A stretch of 28,296 bases of DNA from Acaryochloridaceae cyanobacterium VAR_48_metabat_390 (GTDB taxonomy: Bacteria > Cyanobacteriota > Cyanobacteriia > Thermosynechococcales > Thermosynechococcaceae), in NCBI GenBank assembly GCA_031422435.1, contig JANPLU010000067.1:1-28296 (forward strand). Reading direction: 5' to 3'. The number at the start of each line of letters is the position of its first letter. The first letter of the stretch is position 1. The notes under the pieces are model-generated. The model worked only from the letters and a program-made list of their open reading frames with translations, made no database searches and was not told the DNA's origin. A program made the translations under genes and the position numbers. Positions 1-8,129 of this stretch are shown here, piece by piece.

Positions 1-1
1 T

Positions 2-343
2 GATTGCTATGACACTATTACAGAGCGTGGAGCCAAGCCTGTCATCCCCCCGCGTAAAAATGCGGTGATTTGGCAACATGGGAACCGGAAAGCCTCACCA
101 CATCCTAGAGATCAAGCCCTGCGCTCAATCCGTAAACACGGTCGTAAAAAGTGGAAACGGGAGGCTGATTATCATCGTCGGTCGTTATCCGAGACGGCGA
201 TGTTTCGACATAAGACTGCCTTTGGCGGTAAAGTGCTCTGCCATAAATTTGAGTATCAGGCGAGAGAATTATTGTGTCAATGCGCGATGCTGAACAGGAT
301 GATTCTATGGGGTAAGCCTGTCAGTGTTCCAGTTGCTGCTTAA
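2..343 (+). mobile_element. IS5-family (IS903 group) transposase, C-terminal part; 5' end lies outside the window
   Basis: Frame open from base 2: DCYDTITERGAKPVIPPRKNAVIW...RDQALR...WKREADYHRRSLSETAMFRHK, the IS903-type IPPRKNA and YHRRSxxETxMxRxK motifs. Confidence 0.9.
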
Positions 344-378
344 TCAAACCTCAACAAAGGAGGATTTCTCTCTCAGAT

Positions 379-555
379 TCAACTTATGCAACAACGCCCT
401 TTTTGATTGAGGGGCTTGCTATGTTCATCTACGCCTTTCTTTTGGGATAACCCCTGCAAACCACTGATCAACGCCTTTAGTTCTCGCTCACTTAACGCGG
501 CAGATTGCTTGAGTAAGTGCTCGACGGCGGTTGACTGACTTCGGCGGCGCGGCAT
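379..555 (-). pseudogene. Small hypothetical gene, probably truncated by the IS (58 aa; not in the ORF track)
   Basis: ATG at 555: MPRRRSQSTAVEHLLKQSAALSERELKALISGLQGLSQKKGVDEHSKPLNQK, then reads into the TIR and stops at 379; divergent from the nuclease. Confidence 0.55.
382..398 (-). repeat. Right terminal inverted repeat of the IS903-like element
   Basis: Minus strand reads GGCGTTGTTGCATAAGT, resembling the IS903 end GGCTTTGTTGAATAA; 38 bp after the transposase stop. Confidence 0.85.
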
Positions 556-576
556 TTTTAGGATCTTTTAGTTGTT

Positions 577-615
577 ATTCTAGACCCTAACTCTATTCTT
601 TTTAGGGTCTAGAAT
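577..615. promoter_or_regulatory. Perfect 14-bp inverted repeat, putative operator and bidirectional promoter
   Basis: ATTCTAGACCCTAA-N11-TTAGGGTCTAGAAT; TAGAAT (-10-like) at 610-615 on + and at 582-577 on -. Confidence 0.65.
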
Positions 616-652
616 GAGCTATGACATAACCTAAGTCCGTCTGGTAATTCCG

Positions 653-1441
653 ATGACTTACTCCCTCTCCGCCACAAAGCTCGTCACCTACCAAAATTGT
701 CCCCAAGCTTACAGCTTTCGCTATGAACGGGGGATTATTGCGCCGGGCGCGTTTGGTTCCCCAGATTTAGGCAATGCGCTTCATTTGGCGCTAGCCTATG
801 CTTACCGAGACTGGCACTATAGCGACCATAAGCCTGGGTGGGATTGGTTTGAAGCCTGCTGGAGTCGAAGTATTAGCAAGCTTTCTGAGGCGCAGATCAT
901 TGATGGGGAAACGATTTTACAGCGGTACTATCATGACTTTGTAGCACCCTTGGATGTAATGCCGCGTCCACTTGGAGTAGAAAGTAAGATTTCGGCAAAG
1001 GTGCAGTTTGAGAATATCGAGTTTGCCCTCAATGGTCGTTATGACCGTCTCGATAATGTCAATGGCAATGTGGAACTGATTGATTACAAGACCACCAAAA
1101 ATGCGACCACGCCTGATTCTGTAGATGTGCAGCTTGGGCTTTATTATCTAGCATTGAAGCAGGTTTATCACCAGTCGCTCAAGCGGTTGACGCTTATTTT
1201 CCTTCGGGCTGGCGAAAGCCTCAGCTTTGAAGTGACTGAGGCTCATCAAGAGCAGGTGCAGCAGCTTATCTCCGGTTTGGCTTTGCGATTGCGAACCGAT
1301 AGTGAGTGGGAGCCAAGTACAGGTGAGCATTGCAAGCGATGTACCTATCAAAAGCACTGTGCAGCGGTCTGCGATCAGCCTGAGCCATTACCGGAGAGTG
1401 GGAGAAAGTTGAGGCAGGTGCAGTTGGCGCTAGCAGTGTGA
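653..1441 (+). CDS. PD-(D/E)XK nuclease, RecB/AddB/Cas4-like, with probable 4Fe-4S cluster
   Basis: LSATKL..YQNCP, GNALH, GRYDRLD, LIDYKT, QLGLY and C-terminal CKRCTYQKHC (1+3 Cys pattern). Confidence 0.9.
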   Translation: MTYSLSATKLVTYQNCPQAYSFRYERGIIAPGAFGSPDLGNALHLALAYAYRDWHYSDHKPGWDWFEACWSRSISKLSEAQIIDGETILQRYYHDFVAPLDVMPRPLGVESKISAKVQFENIEFALNGRYDRLDNVNGNVELIDYKTTKNATTPDSVDVQLGLYYLALKQVYHQSLKRLTLIFLRAGESLSFEVTEAHQEQVQQLISGLALRLRTDSEWEPSTGEHCKRCTYQKHCAAVCDQPEPLPESGRKLRQVQLALAV

Positions 1442-1827
1442 GGAAAAACGGATTGAAACCTGAAATGAAGATTCAATCACCCCTTCAAGAACTGGATCGG
1501 CGATTGGATAGAATCCACGCTTCAAAATCCCAAAAACATAAACTTAAAGCAGAAATTAAGCAGCGATTTGGTGGAACCTGTGCCTATTGCGGATGTACCC
1601 CTCATTTTTTAACCTTAAATCACGTTGTTCCTCAAAACCAAGGCGGCTTAAACGTAAGATCAAACCTAGCGGCAGTTTGCCAACGCTGCAATCTAAGCAA
1701 AGGGAGTGGCCCACTTTGGTCATGGTGGCAGGCATCTTATTGCTGGAATGAGGAGAGAGCCATTCGGTTTGCCGAAACTGTTCTAGTCTGCAAAATTTCA
1801 ATACTTCCAAGGAGAACAAAGAATTAA
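1438..1827 (+). CDS. HNH endonuclease
   Basis: CAYCG...TLNHVVP..QGG....SNLAAVCQRCNLSKG; GTGA overlap with the upstream stop (ATG at 1465 is an alternative start). Confidence 0.88.
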   Translation: MRKNGLKPEMKIQSPLQELDRRLDRIHASKSQKHKLKAEIKQRFGGTCAYCGCTPHFLTLNHVVPQNQGGLNVRSNLAAVCQRCNLSKGSGPLWSWWQASYCWNEERAIRFAETVLVCKISILPRRTKN

Positions 1828-1966
1828 TTTTTACAATTATTGAAAACTTTTAGTGGCGTAATAAGCAAGTTATCGTTGCACCTATCTTATAACTTTAGGA
1901 TTTTTTAGTGCCGAAGCATTTGTTGGCCAAAAAGAATGCAGCTAGTTAAACACTATCGAGACCTCG

Positions 1967-2182
1967 CTAACTTTGAACGTGATAACCAGCAGCCGTCACG
2001 GCCTGTCGAATAGATTCTTCTGAAGCCACAGACACGTTAAGATTTTTGGGTTGAACTATCACGGTCTGAGATGCCAAATCAACGGCAACATTCAGCGTAG
2101 GGTCAACAGTGGTAACGGCATCTTTAATCACTTCTACAGAGCTAGAATCCATAGTCTTAGAAACTTTTAGATTTAACGCCAT
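1967..2182 (-). CDS. Heavy-metal-associated (Atx1/CopZ-like) domain protein lacking the CxxC motif
   Basis: MALNLKV...IKDAVTTVDP...V.VDLASQTV...ASEESIRQAVTAAGY matches the cyanobacterial Atx1 pattern; no Cys present. Confidence 0.75.
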   Translation of the reverse strand: MALNLKVSKTMDSSSVEVIKDAVTTVDPTLNVAVDLASQTVIVQPKNLNVSVASEESIRQAVTAAGYHVQS

Positions 2183-2230
2183 GAATTATCCTTTTATTAA
2201 ATAGCATGTATAAACTTAGATCTGTCTTCG

Positions 2231-2491
2231 CTAAGGTAGTAAACCTCCAAGGTATGATCTGATAATTTCTAGATAGCTAACCTTTAATGCGGCTCTGGTA
2301 TTGAGACACTGCTGTCTCTTTTCTTCTATCTTTGATCGCGTGACGCTGGCATCGTCGTTATTTACGTTATGAAGAATAGTAACGCATGTGCCTTCCAGCT
2401 TATAGGCGATCGCCATAGCTCGACCAATTCTTGAATCACCTCCAGTAATCACTATTCGGCTGTAGCACCATTTTTTTGTTAGGCAAGGCAA
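2231..2491 (-). pseudogene. Short-chain dehydrogenase (general-stress YhdF-like) N-terminal remnant
   Basis: VITGGDSRIGRAMAIAY is a degenerate ITGGDSGIGRAVAIAF; only about 60 homologous residues, no YxxxK. Confidence 0.75.
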
Positions 2492-2580
2492 AGCAAAGGT
2501 TGAGCAAAAATTTGATTAGCGGGAGGGCGAGATTTTGGACGAATCATTGTCTTTTGAACTTCTCAAACCAGGTAAAAATG

Positions 2581-2642
2581 TATTTTCTATCTCAAAAATA
2601 TGCCGTGAAAATTCATGCAGCATACTTTTGAAATAGAAAATA
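2581..2642. terminator. Long imperfect hairpin downstream of the WGxxGxxG gene
   Basis: TATTTTCTAT-c-TCAAAA...TTTTGA-a-ATAGAAAATA with an inner ATGC/GCAT stem, 16 bp past the stop. Confidence 0.5.
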
Positions 2643-2658
2643 CCAAAGAGAACAGATC

Positions 2659-2970
2659 TTAAAATCTAGATGTAGAACGACTTGTCTCGGTAGGATCCTC
2701 ACGATAGGATTGAGTTCGCTCAGGCTTACGTAAACCTGCTAAACCAAGCAACCCAAGTAAACCCACCCAACCCCAATCAAAGCCCTGATCATCTCTTGTA
2801 GAATCAGCGCCTTGGCTGGACATAGTGCCAGAGTTAGTATTGGAAGGATTAGATGTACTGCTAGTACCTGAACTGCCCCCCTGAGCGGAGGCAGACAGCA
2901 TTGGGGTTGAGCTGGCTACACTAAGTGCTAAAACACTTACCCAGATGATTTTAGAGGGATTAAAAAGCAT
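2659..2970 (-). CDS. WGxxGxxG-CTERM family exported/membrane-anchored protein
   Basis: Signal peptide (...ASAQ), Ser/Thr-rich linker, FDWGWVGLLGLLGLAGLRK; ATG at 2970 preferred to GTG at 3003. Confidence 0.88.
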   Translation of the reverse strand: MLFNPSKIIWVSVLALSVASSTPMLSASAQGGSSGTSSTSNPSNTNSGTMSSQGADSTRDDQGFDWGWVGLLGLLGLAGLRKPERTQSYREDPTETSRSTSRF

Positions 2971-3692
2971 TATATAGATCCTCAAAAACTTTGGTATTCT
3001 CACTTGTTCAATGTTGAATGAATCTTCACAACATTTGATAGTAGTCTAACTGTTGAAATTCTGGCCTGTATCCACTAAAAGAGTTAAGTACAGTCTTAAA
3101 GATTTAATCTAAAGAGCTAGACCAGTAGCAAAGAGAAATAGATAATGGACTAATCTAAATAGATTTTTTCTACATAGAAAATATTTAACGTAAAGATTTC
3201 AGCCTTTTAGGGTAGTTCTTAGTCAAAGTTACTCGAAGCTTTTATAGAAAAATCAAGCCTTACAGTTGTAAGGCTGATAAAACAGTGCTGATTTTAGATT
3301 AGTTTGTGTTCAGAAAATTTGCTCATGTCTCTACCCTTGAGGAAGGAAGCAACGAGGAATTTTTTGAGCCAGTGGTTGTAAAAAACAACGTCAGAAGGTG
3401 GGGGAACTAGACACAGGTGCAAAGCCGAAACGTCCAGGTTGCCAACCCAAAGAACCGAAACCCCAGCCTGAGGCTGAACTGGCTGGGGCGAAAGCTACGC
3501 GCCAAGAGTACACCTCCAATCCGAAGAAACCCCCGCTGCTGAAGCCTGCGATCGCCAAAGCCAAGGCATCGAAGAAAGATGTACGAGCTAAGCAAAGTTA
3601 AGTTAGTTGCACTGCTGCGGAAGGCGGATATTCAGGTTTAAAGACGCTGAGATTGAATTTAGTGGAAAGGGCGATCGCCTTTCTCAACCCCT

Positions 3693-4505
3693 TTAAGTCT
3701 CTGAATTTGGAAAGATAGAAGGTTCTTGAAGTGCAACCGAAGTTTGCGCTTGCTGCTGAAGCGCTTCTGACCACTGTTTAGCAAGGGAAATAAAATCAGA
3801 GGGCATCATCAAAATAGTGGTGGTGTTGTTCTCAGCGCCTATTTCAGTCAACATCTGCAGCCGTCTGAGTTCTAATGCCGCAGGGTTGGCCATGATGCTT
3901 TTAGAAGCTTCTCCAAGCTTGAGCGAAGACTCTTGTTCTGCTTCAGCTTTAATAATACGAGCGCGCTTTTCACGAATAGCTTCAGCCTCCTTTGCCATTG
4001 CCCGTTGCATCGTTGGGGGAATTTCAACGTCCTTGGTTTCCACGCGCTCCACGGAGATGCCCCAAGGTTCTGTAATTTCATCCACAATTTCCTGAACCTT
4101 GAAATTAATCTGGTCACGCTTTTGGAGAATATCGTCTAAGATATTTTGGCCTACAACGTTCCGTAAGCTTGTCATTGCGGTTTGATAGACAGCCATCTGA
4201 TAGTTTTCGACGCGCGTAATCGCCTTATTAGGATCAATGATTCGATAGTAGAGAACAGCATTGACGCGAATGGTCACGCTGTCTGCTGTAACGGTTTCTT
4301 GTGGCTCAATGTCTACTGTTTTGGTACGAATATCAACCTTAGCTTTTTGGTCTACAGCCGGAATGATCCAATATAGACCAGGGCCTTTAATATTACTGAG
4401 GCGGCCTAGACGAAAAATAACTCCACGCTCATACTCACGGTCTACTTTTACACCTGAGAAACCTATGCCGAATAGGAGCAGAAGCGGAATAAGTAATTGT
4501 TCCAT
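3693..4505 (-). CDS. Slipin / SPFH (stomatin-like, band 7) membrane protein
   Basis: N-terminal TM, EYERGVIFRLGR, GPGLYWIIP, RAMAKEAEAIREKRARIIKAEAE, ALELRRLQML. Confidence 0.93.
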   Translation of the reverse strand: MEQLLIPLLLLFGIGFSGVKVDREYERGVIFRLGRLSNIKGPGLYWIIPAVDQKAKVDIRTKTVDIEPQETVTADSVTIRVNAVLYYRIIDPNKAITRVENYQMAVYQTAMTSLRNVVGQNILDDILQKRDQINFKVQEIVDEITEPWGISVERVETKDVEIPPTMQRAMAKEAEAIREKRARIIKAEAEQESSLKLGEASKSIMANPAALELRRLQMLTEIGAENNTTTILMMPSDFISLAKQWSEALQQQAQTSVALQEPSIFPNSET

Positions 4506-4579
4506 CGTGTAAGAACGTTGTCCTCAAAGATAGCTCTATTTTATCCCAGGCTTGTAAACGTAATGGGTTATCAACAAGT

Positions 4580-4780
4580 TTACCCATCGGGGAACTGCCA
4601 GCATAAGATAAACTCTACATCTTTGCTTCTGCAAGTTTTACAGGCACTTGGCTCTGAGGCAATCCACTCGTAAGCGCAACGGCGGCAGTGACATAGAACA
4701 TTGTGTCGATTTGCTTCAGCAATCCGTCTGCGCCATTCTTGTCGCTCATCAAAAGTGAATAGAGGCTCAGCTTCAGACAT
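4580..4780 (-). CDS. Small Cys-rich (Zn-ribbon) hypothetical protein
   Basis: CHCRRC...CKTC...CWQFPDG; ATG at 4780 preferred. Confidence 0.75.
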   Translation of the reverse strand: MSEAEPLFTFDERQEWRRRIAEANRHNVLCHCRRCAYEWIASEPSACKTCRSKDVEFILCWQFPDG

Positions 4781-4781
4781 T

Positions 4782-5000
4782 TTAGCTCCAATCTTGTAAC
4801 CACCCCACCCGGTCATCTAACGCCACAAAATCCCCCAGCGCCTCCCCCAAAGCCTCAAGCTGTTGCACTACCAGTGCTTGAACTTGGGCTTCAACGTTAA
4901 CGGGTAGAGTGCCTAAGCAACGCCCTAAAAGAAGCAGGACGGGCGATCGCTCACCTGTAAGGACACTCGACTGTTCACCCTCTTGATAAACCTTAGTGTC
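4782..5000 (-). pseudogene. Orphan DUF4351 domain (Rpn-family C-terminus) with no start codon; not in the ORF track
   Basis: DTKVYQEGEQSSVLTGERSPVLLLLGRCLGTLPVNVEAQVQALVVQQLEALGEALGDFVALDDRVGWLQDWS* fits the LEALGEALLDF...L..WL pattern. Confidence 0.8.
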
Positions 5001-5039
5001 TGAGGGACTAAAGTAAGGTGATCTACTTTTGGTTGAGGT

Positions 5040-5381
5040 CTATTCACTTTTCTCAATCACAATGGTGAGGTGGGCAACCACAGCGCCCAGAGCGCCAACG
5101 GCTGCAACGACTGGAAATAGGGTTGTACTGATAGCGGCACCAACGACCCCGATAGTCAATGGAATTTCAAGTAATACTTTGCCATCCTCGTTTTTAATGA
5201 TAATGCGGCGAATATTGCCTTGATGAATGAGTTCCTTGACCTTTGAAGCGAGAAAATCACCGCTAATCTTAAATTCTTCTACCGTTTTACCTTTGTCACT
5301 GTTCACCTCAACCTCAGGTTCAAGAACCTCCAGGTCAACCTTGGTCGCTGATCCTTCAGGACGTTCTAAAGAGTTGCTCAT
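5040..5381 (-). CDS. DUF4342 domain protein
   Basis: EEFKISG..L..KVKELIHQGNIRRIIIK....LLEIPLTIG followed by a hydrophobic tail. Confidence 0.88.
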   Translation of the reverse strand: MSNSLERPEGSATKVDLEVLEPEVEVNSDKGKTVEEFKISGDFLASKVKELIHQGNIRRIIIKNEDGKVLLEIPLTIGVVGAAISTTLFPVVAAVGALGAVVAHLTIVIEKSE

Positions 5382-5583
5382 TGCAAAGACCTCATCACTA
5401 ACTACACTTCTAGGCTAACAATATCAATAGGAAGTCTTGAGACAAAAGCAGTCAATTCAAGAGTTTCAATCGAAAAGTGACATATCTCGTTACGTTAATA
5501 CACCAGAGGTTAAAAGAAAAAAGAGTCAATTTTATGATTTTTACAAAACAGTGACGGCTAGAAATGAGTCTCTATATGGCTTT

Positions 5584-5934
5584 CTAGATACCCAAAGCCA
5601 TTTCAGAAGATTGTGGGGATAGACTGGTAAGCTGGCTTGGTTTACATAACTTGACCTGAACGGTGATGTTTTCAGCACCTTCATCCGATAGGTCCTGGAT
5701 GTATCCTTGCACTGAATTTTCAGCTTCAGCAGCGCTAGAGAATGGCCCAAAGTAGTACAGGCAGTAAGGGTGATCGGTGTAAAGTTCAACCCACCATCCC
5801 CATGTTCTTTGCGAATGATCCGAGTAAAGAACACGGCCTTGCCAAGCATAAATAGCGGCTTGAATGAGAATTATGAATCCTAGGGCAGCCAGCATCAGAA
5901 GGGCTGTATTAACAATGAAAGTGCTCTCGAACAT
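5584..5934 (-). CDS. DUF1816 domain protein with N-terminal TM helix
   Basis: WWVELYTDHPYCLYYFGPFSS..EAE....GYIQDLSDEGA...CKPSQLT. Confidence 0.85.
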   Translation of the reverse strand: MFESTFIVNTALLMLAALGFIILIQAAIYAWQGRVLYSDHSQRTWGWWVELYTDHPYCLYYFGPFSSAAEAENSVQGYIQDLSDEGAENITVQVKLCKPSQLTSLSPQSSEMALGI

Positions 5935-6148
5935 GAAAATGCCTTACTAAATCTGGGGTTACGTGGCGAATGCATCAATCCAGTGTAAGAAGCCTCGTGA
6001 ACATAGCGCGTCCGTTAAATTACAGATATTTTGGAACCTGATTATCAAAATCGCGTTTTTTAGCCAAGATTCTGAGATTATCAGCTTTCTTGCAGAAATC
6101 TTCACATTGTGGCTAAAGGGTAAACGTCGTGAGAATTTCACCGACCAT

Positions 6149-6186
6149 AAAACCGAAAGGCACGACCGCTATGGCCTTTCGGTTTT
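6149..6186. other. 13-bp perfect hairpin in the divergent DUF1816/arfB intergenic region
   Basis: AAAACCGAAAGGC-N12-GCCTTTCGGTTTT. Confidence 0.55.
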
Positions 6187-6416
6187 GTGATGTCAGATTA
6201 TAGGTAGCTGATTGAGATCAGTTTTTTAGGTTCTTGATTTTCCCAAGTGTAAGCGATGACCAAAACGCCTGTAATTTCTGGAGCGCCGTAGAAACCCAGT
6301 GAGCCATCGCTCTGAAAATACTTTTGCGCTTTTATCATGGCACCTCTAAAATCCTTTTAGGAACGCACCTTCAACCTAGAATTCAATTTCATCAACCGTT
6401 TATACAATTACAACTC

Positions 6417-6845
6417 GTGCTGTATATCACTCACACAACTAACATCCCCCTTAACGAGATCGACCTCAGCGCAATACGCTCCCAAGGTGCTGGCGGTCAA
6501 AATGTAAACAAGGTTGCTACCGCTATCCACCTGCGTTTTGATATCAATGCCTCTTCCCTCCCACCACTCTACAAAGAGCGGCTGCTGAACTTAGGCGATC
6601 GCCGTATTACAAAAGACGGCATCCTTATCATCAAAGCCCAGCAGCACCGCACCCAAGAGCAAAATAAAGAAGATGCCTTAAAACGGCTTCAGGTGATTAT
6701 CAAAAGCGTTACCCTAACTGCTCCAAAGCGTAAGCCGACAAAACCAACCCGCAGCGCAAAACTGAAGCGCATGGATGGTAAAACCAAACGAGGGCAGCTT
6801 AAAGCCCTCAGAGGTAAAATTCCCGATGGACACTCCCAGGAGTGA
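6417..6845 (+). CDS. arfB: Alternative ribosome rescue peptidyl-tRNA hydrolase ArfB (YaeJ)
   Basis: RSQGAGGQNVNKVATA, QHRTQEQNKEDALKRL, basic tail KRKPTKPTRSAKLKR; GTG at 6417 gives the typical length of about 140 aa. Confidence 0.93.
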   Translation: MLYITHTTNIPLNEIDLSAIRSQGAGGQNVNKVATAIHLRFDINASSLPPLYKERLLNLGDRRITKDGILIIKAQQHRTQEQNKEDALKRLQVIIKSVTLTAPKRKPTKPTRSAKLKRMDGKTKRGQLKALRGKIPDGHSQE

Positions 6846-7282
6846 CTTTCTCCTCACACGGCCCAAACAAACCCAGAACTCTGACCGTGAAGTTTATTTC
6901 CTTACCCTTCGGTCAACCTATGCCCATTTTGGAGATGGGAACTTGACGAATGGGGGAATTCTTTGAACTGTTTTATTGAATACGCTTTTTCTTGTTTTTG
7001 TTCATTGCCTCAAATCGTTTACAGCGGCGACATTCTCGATAGCCCATTTCATCTCGATTATTTGTTGTGTATTTCCATTTATGTAGGCTGAGAGCGCACA
7101 GAATTCTCCCGATAACTTTGCTCAGTAATTTCACTATTCCCCCCTGGTCTCGTCAATTTTTATGCTGTTAGCAGATTGAATAATCCACCATAAGTTTACA
7201 GATCAGCCCTTTAGATAACATTACCTAAGCCATCAACACAACTATCATAGATCTGAAGCTTAGGTATATTGAGGGCGGTTGC

Positions 7283-7921
7283 ATGAGTCTCACACTCTAT
7301 TTGCTACGGCATGGAGAAACGGTTTATAGCAAGACAGGAGACTTCTGTGGCGATCTCGACCCTGAACTGACAGAAGATGGGCTGCAAATGGCAGCGGCTT
7401 TCGCAGAGGCATACGGCAAACTCAGTTGGAATGCAGTCTACGTTAGCCCCATGAAGCGAACGATCGCCACGGCAGCGCCTCTCTGCCAAGCCCTTGGTTT
7501 ACCAATGCAGTTGCGCCAAGAACTCAAAGAAATTCGCTATGGCGAGTGGGAAGGCCAAACAGCCGCCTTTGTGAAAGATAAGTACGCTGATGACTACATG
7601 CGTTGGCTAGCTGAGCCTGCTTGGAACCCACCCACTGGAGGCGAGACTGCTGTACAAATTGCCAGTCGGGCTGCTCTCGTTATTGCAGAAGTGGAGCAGA
7701 AATATACAGAAGGTAACGTTTTAATAGTCTCTCATAAGGCTACTATTCGCATTATTCTCTGCGCTTTGCTCGGCATTGATTTGGGTCGGTATCGCGATCG
7801 CATTAACACCCTTGTAGGTTCTGTGAACGTCGTGCGGTTTGAGGCTCATGGGCCATTATTAGAGCGATTGGGCGATCGCGCCCACCTCGACCAGCGACTG
7901 CTGGCGCTTTCGGGCACTTAA
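7283..7921 (+). CDS. Histidine phosphatase (phosphoglycerate mutase) family protein
   Basis: LYLLRHGET, SPMKRT, EIRYGEWEG, GGET, LIVSH. Confidence 0.92.
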   Translation: MSLTLYLLRHGETVYSKTGDFCGDLDPELTEDGLQMAAAFAEAYGKLSWNAVYVSPMKRTIATAAPLCQALGLPMQLRQELKEIRYGEWEGQTAAFVKDKYADDYMRWLAEPAWNPPTGGETAVQIASRAALVIAEVEQKYTEGNVLIVSHKATIRIILCALLGIDLGRYRDRINTLVGSVNVVRFEAHGPLLERLGDRAHLDQRLLALSGT

Positions 7922-7995
7922 GCATGGGTTGTCATCCCATGAGCAAGATGAACAGTGCAGGGGCTAGCCGACGGCTTGGTCAGCCTGAAGGTGAT

Positions 7996-8129
7996 TAGAC
8001 CTCTTGCATCAATCTCAACCCCCTCATCCCAACCCTTCTCCCCTGGTGGGAGAAGGGCTAATTCCAGCTCCCCTCGCCCCTTCTGGGAGAGGGGCTGGGG
8101 GTGAGGGTCATATTCGTGCAAGAGGTCTA
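7996..8129. mobile_element. 134-bp MITE-like element carrying two GC-rich cyanobacterial short repeats
   Basis: TAGACCTCTTGCA (7996-8008) ... TGCAAGAGGTCTA (8117-8129), a perfect 13-bp IR including terminal TA; internal CCCTTCTCCC..GGGAGAAGGG and GGGAGAGGGGCTGGGGGTGAGGG units in opposite orientation. Confidence 0.8.

Noticed and set aside
653..1441. CRISPR-associated cas4 call
   Set aside because: No repeat-spacer array or cas1/cas2 in the window; stand-alone members of this family are common
3398..3601. 67-aa Pro/Lys-rich ORF
   Set aside because: Low complexity with no recognisable domain; may be a fragment, cannot be supported
5437..6190. ORFs 5437-5622, 5541-5849, 5959-6141 and 5963-6190
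   Set aside because: Overlap DUF1816 or lie in the intergenic region; no motifs
6324..6416. N-terminal extension of ArfB (likewise PAP2 11333-11407)
   Set aside because: Longest-ORF artefact; family similarity begins at the downstream start
7918..8121. 67-aa ORF (PHPQPLSQKGRGE...)
   Set aside because: Translation of the MITE repeat sequence
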